A stretch of 64,000 nt of DNA. Origin: Candidatus Poseidoniaceae archaeon (lineage in GTDB: Archaea; Thermoplasmatota; Poseidoniia; Poseidoniales; Poseidoniaceae). Location: the NCBI GenBank assembly GCA_038125145.1, contig JAYPDK010000001.1, positions 4,368 through 68,367 on the forward strand, written 5' to 3'. Below are positions 57,593 through 64,000 of the stretch, piece by piece. Each line of letters starts with the position of its first letter. Positions within the stretch are counted from its first letter, which is position 1. The notes below the pieces were generated by a model. It was not told where the DNA came from and did not search any database. It saw nothing but the letters and a program-made list of their open reading frames with translations. The position numbers and the translations under genes were made by a program.

Positions 57593-58901
57593 AGGCGGGG
57601 ACGGTTCCGGGAAAGGCGAGGCCGTGCGCCTCCTCACCGAGATCCTCGCCACCTACCCCTTCACCGAGGTCTGTGCCACGCACGAGCCACGCCGCCATGC
57701 GGAAGCCGGACAGCGAGCGCTGGCGGCCGTTCAACGTGGCGACCTGAGCCCTGCTGAAGAAGCCGCGCTCTTTGCGGAGGACCGGCTGGACCACACCGCG
57801 AGTTGGATCCTTCCTCGCCTGCGGCAAAGTGCCGTGGTCGTCTCAGACCGGAACATTCACTCTTCCCTGGTGTACCAAGGGGTTGTTGGGGAACTCGGCC
57901 TCGACGAAGTTGCTGCGCTGAACGAGGGCGCCGCAGTCCCAGACCTTGTCGTCTGGGTGGATTGCGACCCTGAACGGGCCATTCGTCGCATCCAACAAGG
58001 AACGCTCCGGATGACCAGCGACAAACAGGAGTACTTCGAAACCACCGACATCCAACGCACCATCCGTGCAGGGTTCGCCGACCTGCTGTCGGGTGCCATC
58101 GCTCCTCCTCCCCCGTTTGACGCCGCCGTGATTGCAGGACCGATCCTCAACGAAGGAGGCTTGGACGAACTTGAGCGTGCCCTCCGCCGCACCGTTCGGG
58201 AGTTCATGCGTCAGCGACCTGCGCCACTGAACGTGGACATGGACGAGGTCGACCTCGCCCACATCGGACGCTTGGTGGACCGCATGAGCGCGCAGCAACG
58301 CCTACCCGGGCTGGCGAAAAGCGAGGAATCGGTGCTGCACGGCTGGCTCGCCGGGGCCTCACCAGCGACGTGGATGGAACGCGCCGAAGCATCGTGGCCG
58401 GAACGGTCTGCCGCCGAACGGGACGTCCCTGGCCGCTACACGGCCCGTTCCTCATGGTGCGTTCTCGGCACGCTCTCGCTGATGGGCGGGCCGTGCGACG
58501 TGCGGAGGTTGTTCCATGCCCTCGGCCCGGTCCGGTTCCTGTCCAAGAGGCATGTGAACAGGATGGTTCGATGGATGATCGACGAAGGGTGGATTTTCCG
58601 TCAACAGAACGAGGTCAAGTTCACGGAGGGACAGATGTTTCGCTTGAGCGAGGACCACCTTGCGCAGGGCCGGCTCGCGATGGCGATGTGGCCCGTTCGT
58701 GAACGCCTCGAAGCATGGCGTGAAGCGCACCCTACGTCGGCGTGGGCCGGCGCCCTTCACCACCTCATCGAGGAGGACGAGGCTGGCATGGAGGACGTGT
58801 TGAAGCGCCTCAGCCTCCTCTCGAGCGGCCACGTCGGCTGCCCAGCACCAGAGGACGTCGAGCAACTTGAGGCGTGGTGGAGGCTTGAGCCTCCGGCGTG
58901 A
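57573..58901 (+). CDS. tmk: Thymidylate kinase (dTMP kinase) domain fused to a roughly 240 aa C-terminal winged-helix-like extension
   Basis: N-terminus ISVEGGDGSGKGE (P-loop), DRNIHSSLVYQG, LVVWVDCDPERAIRR match Tmk motifs. C-terminal region VRRLFHALGPVRFLSKRHVNRMVRWMIDEGWIFRQ resembles a wH DNA-binding fold. Confidence 0.55.
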   Translation: MYLISVEGGDGSGKGEAVRLLTEILATYPFTEVCATHEPRRHAEAGQRALAAVQRGDLSPAEEAALFAEDRLDHTASWILPRLRQSAVVVSDRNIHSSLVYQGVVGELGLDEVAALNEGAAVPDLVVWVDCDPERAIRRIQQGTLRMTSDKQEYFETTDIQRTIRAGFADLLSGAIAPPPPFDAAVIAGPILNEGGLDELERALRRTVREFMRQRPAPLNVDMDEVDLAHIGRLVDRMSAQQRLPGLAKSEESVLHGWLAGASPATWMERAEASWPERSAAERDVPGRYTARSSWCVLGTLSLMGGPCDVRRLFHALGPVRFLSKRHVNRMVRWMIDEGWIFRQQNEVKFTEGQMFRLSEDHLAQGRLAMAMWPVRERLEAWREAHPTSAWAGALHHLIEEDEAGMEDVLKRLSLLSSGHVGCPAPEDVEQLEAWWRLEPPA

Positions 58902-59603
58902 TCACTCCGCTTCCTGAACGGCGAAACGTGCTCCTCCGGGCAACGCGACCGAAGCGATGGTGGAAAGGTCGCCCGGGCGAGCGCTCAGCATCGCGCCCAT
59001 CAGCACGCCAAGGCCGAAACCAAAGGGCAGCCCGGTCACCATACGAAGCAACGCCGTCGACTCGTAAGCCGTCAGGAGTTGGACGAATCCATCGAGCCCG
59101 AGCGGCACCACGCACAAGGCTCCGAAGCCGTAGAAGGCAAGGGTGCGCCGCTGGTTCGCGTAGATGGCGTCCTGCCACGTCGATGGAAGGACCGAGAGCG
59201 TCGTATCGGTGATTGTCCATCGGTTCACCAGCCTTGAGCGAAGCAAGGCACCTGCGACGACCAGCCCGGCAAGGATCCCAATGTCCCTCACACACATGGG
59301 CATCTGGTTGCCGTTCACCTCCCAGGAACGTTCGTGGAGCATGTGGCAATTCAGGTCTCCAAAAGCGTACACCATGGCATGAGCGAGCGGTAGGTTGCTC
59401 CATGCAAAGGCCTCCTCAGCGACGACCACCTGCTGGGTATCGTGGTCAAGGTGAGGTTGATTTCCATAACTGAGCGGACCATCGATGGTCGCGTAATCGA
59501 TGGCGTTCGCCCGAGCACCAAGAGGAGGAACAGAGCCACTCGGTAGCGTCAGAGGAGCGACGACCATCGCCAGCAAGAGCCCGAGGCTGACGCAACACAG
59601 CAT
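58902..59603 (-). CDS. Hypothetical polytopic membrane protein
   Basis: Multiple TM helices and a conserved Cys/His patch (GDLNCHMLHERSW...MCVRD). The start is uncertain (59603 or 59648). Confidence 0.35.
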   Translation of the reverse strand: MLCCVSLGLLLAMVVAPLTLPSGSVPPLGARANAIDYATIDGPLSYGNQPHLDHDTQQVVVAEEAFAWSNLPLAHAMVYAFGDLNCHMLHERSWEVNGNQMPMCVRDIGILAGLVVAGALLRSRLVNRWTITDTTLSVLPSTWQDAIYANQRRTLAFYGFGALCVVPLGLDGFVQLLTAYESTALLRMVTGLPFGFGLGVLMGAMLSARPGDLSTIASVALPGGARFAVQEAE

Positions 59604-59722
59604 CGTTCCGACGCGTGCGGCGCGGGTCCCTCCATCGACTCGCGCCATCCATAGATGCTCATTCTAGCGCTCAATGAACCTCTCGCCGGAAGGACGATGC
59701 CACACGCATCAATGGAACGTCG

Positions 59723-60322
59723 ATGGAGGCGAGGAGGAGCGAGGTGCTGTCCGGCGCCCTTCTTGGGGCCGGCTACGGGGCAACGGGAGCCTTCACCGCC
59801 TCGTTGATGGACGAACCCGCTCGTCTTGAGCGGCACCTCACCCTCACGCTGACGTCCTTCGCGCTGCTTCTCGTTTGCTTCTACATCCTGCTTCGACGGG
59901 CAGAGGCGGCTCGCCCGGTCGCCCTTCCTGCCTTGGATGTCCGGGGGACGCTGGCCAAGCACGATGAGGGGCGAGGGGCGTGGCGGCAGCTCAGCCACGT
60001 GCGCCAGGAAGCCGCCGGGTGGCGCGTGGACCTCCATGACCTTGAGCACGTTGAGGCCGTTGTCGACGACCTCGCAGAGATCGCCCAGCGGCACCACCTT
60101 CGTCTCGTCGTCGGGGACGGCACGGCACGCTCAGCCGACCCACGGCTCCGTCGCCGCGTCGAGGAACGGCTTCGGCTTCGGCTTGAACCAACACGCCTGC
60201 GCCACGGCCGAAGGACGTTGAGCACGCTGCCCACCGTCGCAATGCAACACGGAGGGAACCTCCGTCTCCCAACGCTGCTGATGACCCTCTCCATCGTCTT
60301 CGTCGGCCTGCTGTTGATGTGA
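59723..60322 (+). CDS. Hypothetical membrane protein
   Basis: Two TM helices flanking an Arg-rich soluble segment; low confidence that it is coding. Confidence 0.3.
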   Translation: MEARRSEVLSGALLGAGYGATGAFTASLMDEPARLERHLTLTLTSFALLLVCFYILLRRAEAARPVALPALDVRGTLAKHDEGRGAWRQLSHVRQEAAGWRVDLHDLEHVEAVVDDLAEIAQRHHLRLVVGDGTARSADPRLRRRVEERLRLRLEPTRLRHGRRTLSTLPTVAMQHGGNLRLPTLLMTLSIVFVGLLLM

Positions 60323-60362
60323 GCCGAGCAAGGACCTTAGGGCAGCCGGCCCACCTTCAAGC

Positions 60363-62135
60363 ATGGCTCGCATCCACCTTCATGCCGACGCCACGGAGGC
60401 ACCCTCCCGCCGACTTCGAGCAACCACCGAGGTTCACGGGCCGTTCTCAAGCGGCCGGGTTGACCTTTCCTTTCCTCGATGGGTACCGGGCTCCTACATG
60501 CTTCGTGAGCAGGTGCAGTACGTGGACAACATCGCTGCACACGACGACAACGGCGTTCCGCTGAAGGTCGTTCGCCCGGACCCACATTCCCTTCGCATTC
60601 GCGTGCCTGAAGGAGCCTCCTCCGTGCGTGTGGACTACGAAGTGCTCGGCATGGAGATGAGCGTCCGCTCCACCCACCTCGATGCATCGCACCTTCACCT
60701 CATGCCCCCCTTCACGTGGTACCTTCCTGATGGCAAGCACGTCTGGGAGACCGGTGCAGAGGTGCACCTCCGCATTCCCGAATCCTGGACCCCGCACACG
60801 CAGCTTCGCAGCGTCGAAGGAACGCAAGGAATGCATCGCTTTGTGGCCGAGGACCGGGACGCGCTGCTTGACGGCATCATCGAAGCAAACGACGGCCCTG
60901 TCCGCCGTTTTGACGTGGACGGGAGGCCACACGTGCTGACCGTCTGGGACAGCGGGGGGCTGCCTGTGAACGAAGGACGACTGGACGCCTTTGTCCGTGA
61001 TGCGACCCTGATCGCCAAGGAGCACCATGCCCTGTTCGGGGTTCCAACCTTCGATCCCTACGTCATCGTCCTGCAGTTGACCGATGGAGCGCGAGGGGGC
61101 CTTGAACACACCGGGTCACAAACCTCGATGATGCCAAGGTCGTGCCTGACACCCGGTGAAAAAGCAGGGTACAGGGACCTCCTCAGCCTCTTCAGCCACG
61201 AATACGTGCACCAATGGAACGTGAAACGCCTCCGGCCGAAAGCCTTCCTTGAGTACGACCTCTCACGCGAAGTACCAACCGACCTTTTGTGGTGGTTTGA
61301 AGGCGGTACCTCGTGGATCGGGGACCTCGTCTGCCTGCGTTCAGGGGCATGGACCGAACAAGACTGGAAGGACGAATTTGCCCTGAAACTTGCACGGCAT
61401 CGACCACGGAACGGATGTGCTCATGAATCCCTGGCCGAATCCAGCGAAACCGCATGGATTCACCTGTACCGAGGCAACGCGTTCACGAGCGAACGACGCA
61501 TCAGTTACTACCTGCAAGGCGAACTGGCCATGATGGCCCTCGACGTTGAACTGCGCCGACGCAGCCGAGGGACGCACGGCCTTGACGACGTGATGGCCAC
61601 CGCGGTGCGGCTTCACGCCCGTGACGGTTCCGAACCAGGCGTTGACCACCGGAGGCTCCGGTCCTTGCTTACCTCCACGCCCGGCGGAAGGCGCCTTGGT
61701 ACCACCATGGACCGGCTGATGACCGAGCGTGCCCCCCCACCCGTGGAGGCGATGCTCGCGTCGCTCGGTTTGGTGCTCGAGGTGAAAGAAGCCAACGACG
61801 ACGAACATGGAGGGTGGCTGGGCATCGCACTGCGCACCGACGGCACAAGCATCCGTGTCGCTTCGCATCATGACGGCTCCCCGCTGCGCGACGTCGTGCA
61901 ACCAGGCGACGAACTCATCGCGGTGGACGGTCAACGGATCACGGCCAGCGACGACCTTCGACGAGCCCTCGCCGGCCGTGGTGGTTCGACCGTGGAGGTG
62001 CTCTATAGCCACGAGGGCGCGGTCGCATCCGCCAACGTCACGCTTGGGCTCGCCTCCCAGCATGCCCCGGTGGTGATCGGGGGCCGTGGCAACAGCCTGT
62101 GGCGTCGCATCACGGCCAGCCGGCAGGATGCCTGA
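60363..62135 (+). CDS. M61 glycyl aminopeptidase family protein with C-terminal PDZ domain
   Basis: HEYVHQWN (HExxH) plus a downstream Glu, then a PDZ-like segment GIALRTDGTSIRVASHHDGSPLRDVVQPGDELIAVDGQRI. Confidence 0.7.
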   Translation: MARIHLHADATEAPSRRLRATTEVHGPFSSGRVDLSFPRWVPGSYMLREQVQYVDNIAAHDDNGVPLKVVRPDPHSLRIRVPEGASSVRVDYEVLGMEMSVRSTHLDASHLHLMPPFTWYLPDGKHVWETGAEVHLRIPESWTPHTQLRSVEGTQGMHRFVAEDRDALLDGIIEANDGPVRRFDVDGRPHVLTVWDSGGLPVNEGRLDAFVRDATLIAKEHHALFGVPTFDPYVIVLQLTDGARGGLEHTGSQTSMMPRSCLTPGEKAGYRDLLSLFSHEYVHQWNVKRLRPKAFLEYDLSREVPTDLLWWFEGGTSWIGDLVCLRSGAWTEQDWKDEFALKLARHRPRNGCAHESLAESSETAWIHLYRGNAFTSERRISYYLQGELAMMALDVELRRRSRGTHGLDDVMATAVRLHARDGSEPGVDHRRLRSLLTSTPGGRRLGTTMDRLMTERAPPPVEAMLASLGLVLEVKEANDDEHGGWLGIALRTDGTSIRVASHHDGSPLRDVVQPGDELIAVDGQRITASDDLRRALAGRGGSTVEVLYSHEGAVASANVTLGLASQHAPVVIGGRGNSLWRRITASRQDA

Positions 62136-62514
62136 GCCAATCGAGGGGGACATCGCACGCCACGTCCAGCGGGCTGAGGTCATGCATCGTGCTCCGAGGC
62201 GCCATCAGCACTCCGGAAAGCGCCGCCTCCACCACCGTCGCCGGGTCGATGGGAACGGAGGTGGAACGCCAGACGACGGGCACCTTCGCAGCCTCAACGA
62301 CAACGACCGGCACCCGGAGCAAGCCCAGGCGATGCGCCACAGCCAGGCGATGATGGCCGTCAAGCACGACGCCGTGCTCGTGTTCGACGACGATTCGTCG
62401 ACGCACCCTGCCCCAACGCACGTGGATGTGAAGGGAATCCCGAACCTTCCGTTCCTTGACCCGCTCATGCGGGCGAAGGGCGGTCAGCGGCAGCAGGGTC
62501 GCGCCAATCTGCAC
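62110..62514 (-). CDS. ParB/Sulfiredoxin-fold (ParB-like nuclease domain) small protein
   Basis: LTALRPHERV...IVVEHEHGVVLDGHHRLAVAHRLGLLRVPVVVVE matches the ParB N-terminal/Srx pattern including DGHHR. Overlaps the M61 gene 3' end by 26 nt on the opposite strand. Confidence 0.45.
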   Translation of the reverse strand: MQIGATLLPLTALRPHERVKERKVRDSLHIHVRWGRVRRRIVVEHEHGVVLDGHHRLAVAHRLGLLRVPVVVVEAAKVPVVWRSTSVPIDPATVVEAALSGVLMAPRSTMHDLSPLDVACDVPLDWLRHPAGWP

Positions 62515-62584
62515 GTCACGACCCCAAACCGCTGCGATAAGGATATGTCGCGCTCAAGGGGCAGTCGCATCGAGGGAGGAGGGC

Positions 62585-63901
62585 ATGGAGGACGCCGCTT
62601 CGCTTCCGGCACCGCTGGAAGCATGGCTGGACGCCTTGTTGCGGGACCCTGACGACCTTCGCGACGTCCTGAACCGGTTGGACGGCATCGGGTGCCGGGC
62701 ATGGCTGGTTGGAGGCTGCGTTCGCGACGCGCTCAGCCACCAACCCGTGTACGACGTCGACCTCGCGGTTGACCTCGAGCCGGCCGACCTGCTGGCTGCC
62801 TTTGGCGATCGCGCCAAAGCCACCGGGGCCGAATTCGGAACCGTGACGTTGTTGGCTGCGAATGGAACACCGTTCCAGGCCACGACGCTGCGCATCGACG
62901 GGACGTACGTTGACGGTCGCCGGCCCGCGTCGGTTGAACTAACCACAGACCTCGCCAAGGACGTGGCACGTCGGGACCTGACGATCAACGCCATGGCCGT
63001 GGACCCCGCACGCCGCTGCCTCATCGACCTTCATGGCGGTCAGCGTGACCTCAACGATGGGGTGCTGCGGGCGGTAGGACGAGCGAGCGAGCGCCTGCAC
63101 GAGGATGCCTTGCGCATCATGCGCGTGTACAGATTCGCGGCTCAGGCGAGGGCGGAAGGCGACCCATGGAGGATCGAAGCCTCGTTGCGCAGCGCGTTGG
63201 CTGCCACGTCAGACCGCCTTTCCATGGTCGCCATGGAACGTGTGTGGCACGAACTGCAGCGTCTGCTCCGAGGCGACCATGCTCCGCGGGTGATGTGGAT
63301 GATGCATGAGGACGGTGTGCTCGACACGGTGCTCCCGGACGCGAACCTCTCCACGTCGGGTTTCGCCCATTTCCCGCGCCCTCGGGAGGGCACGGAAACC
63401 GGAGACGACGGGGACCGCGTCGATGGGCGCCTCGCACTGCTGCTGTCCGACCTGGACGGCGCTGGGGTCATCGCCTGCTTGCGCAGGCTGACCGCCCCGC
63501 GGAAGGTCATCGAGCGTGTGGCGCGGCTGCACCGCTCGCTGGCCCAGCCACCCCCAACAACGCCAGCAGAAGTGCGACTCCTCCACCACAGATGGAAGAT
63601 GGACCTCCCGCTGCACGTCAACACAGCGCTTGCCCATGACCTCGCCCTCGGGGGAACGGCGTGGGGAGGTGCCGTCGACCTGATCGAGGCGACCTCCCCC
63701 GCGCGGATGGAAGAGGCCCTGCTTGATGGCCACACCATCATGGCCCACACCGGCCTGTCCAAAGGAGAGCGACTCGGTCGACTGAAGACGTGGTTGCACC
63801 GCATCCAACTCGAGGCGGACGTGGTGGACGAGGGCGTGATGCTTGGACACCTTGGGCGCCTCCCGTGGAACGGCCCAGTCGACTCGTGGCCGAGGCTCTG
63901 A
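62585..63901 (+). CDS. Class II (bacterial/eukaryotic-type) tRNA nucleotidyltransferase / poly(A) polymerase family protein, no HD domain
   Basis: AWLVGGCVRDALSHQPVYDVDLAV head motif, RRDLTINAMA, EDALRIMRVYRFAAQ neck motif. The C-terminal region has no HD motif. Confidence 0.7.
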   Translation: MEDAASLPAPLEAWLDALLRDPDDLRDVLNRLDGIGCRAWLVGGCVRDALSHQPVYDVDLAVDLEPADLLAAFGDRAKATGAEFGTVTLLAANGTPFQATTLRIDGTYVDGRRPASVELTTDLAKDVARRDLTINAMAVDPARRCLIDLHGGQRDLNDGVLRAVGRASERLHEDALRIMRVYRFAAQARAEGDPWRIEASLRSALAATSDRLSMVAMERVWHELQRLLRGDHAPRVMWMMHEDGVLDTVLPDANLSTSGFAHFPRPREGTETGDDGDRVDGRLALLLSDLDGAGVIACLRRLTAPRKVIERVARLHRSLAQPPPTTPAEVRLLHHRWKMDLPLHVNTALAHDLALGGTAWGGAVDLIEATSPARMEEALLDGHTIMAHTGLSKGERLGRLKTWLHRIQLEADVVDEGVMLGHLGRLPWNGPVDSWPRL

Positions 63902-63948
63902 GCCGCAACGGCCACATGTTCAAATCGAGGCATCGTTTTGGCACGTCA

Positions 63949-64000
63949 TGAGCAACATCCTCGTCGAGGTTGCCCGCAAGGAAGCGCGACGGAGGCTGGA
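63949..64000 (+). CDS. Start of an unidentified gene running off the window (MSNILVEVARKEARRRL...)
   Basis: An ATG at 63949 with open frame to the window end; too short to classify. Confidence 0.2.

Overview
This is a high-GC (about 64 percent) archaeal chromosomal segment. The archaeal assignment rests on ribosomal proteins L37e, L44e, S27e and L10e, aIF2-alpha, Nop10, ABCE1, Hel308, RPA, Cgi121, a FlaI/TadA-type pilus ATPase, and the GGPP synthase plus geranylgeranyl reductase lipid genes. Most of the window is densely packed core genes: purF, the conserved L44e-S27e-aIF2alpha-Nop10-PAC2 cluster, a tRNA-Ser, bacterial-type mutS-mutL, aroA, moaA, the RPA1 and RPA-associated operon, TldD/PmbA, Hel308, gyrA-gyrB, aroD, and several surface peptidases. 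No CRISPR array, IS element or long repeat was seen. The strongest candidate for a new system is a tandem pair of paralogous genes at 6288-9869 on the minus strand, immediately downstream of ABCE1. Each encodes a RecB/Cas4-family PD-(D/E)XK nuclease with a four-cysteine Fe-S arrangement, fused to two C-terminal RPA-like OB folds. There is no helicase or ATPase motif. The 3' end of the pair overlaps, convergently, a beta-grasp protein ending in Gly-Gly. Other points worth a second look are: (1) a Nop10 gene with no canonical start codon; (2) a bacterial-type class II CCA/poly(A) polymerase family nucleotidyltransferase beside a ParB/Srx-like gene; (3) a thymidylate-kinase and winged-helix fusion; (4) a degenerate HemC-like protein; (5) a SAP-repeat acidic protein; (6) a Tad-like pilus module. 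Many long ORFs on the opposite strand of real genes are rejected as high-GC antisense artefacts.
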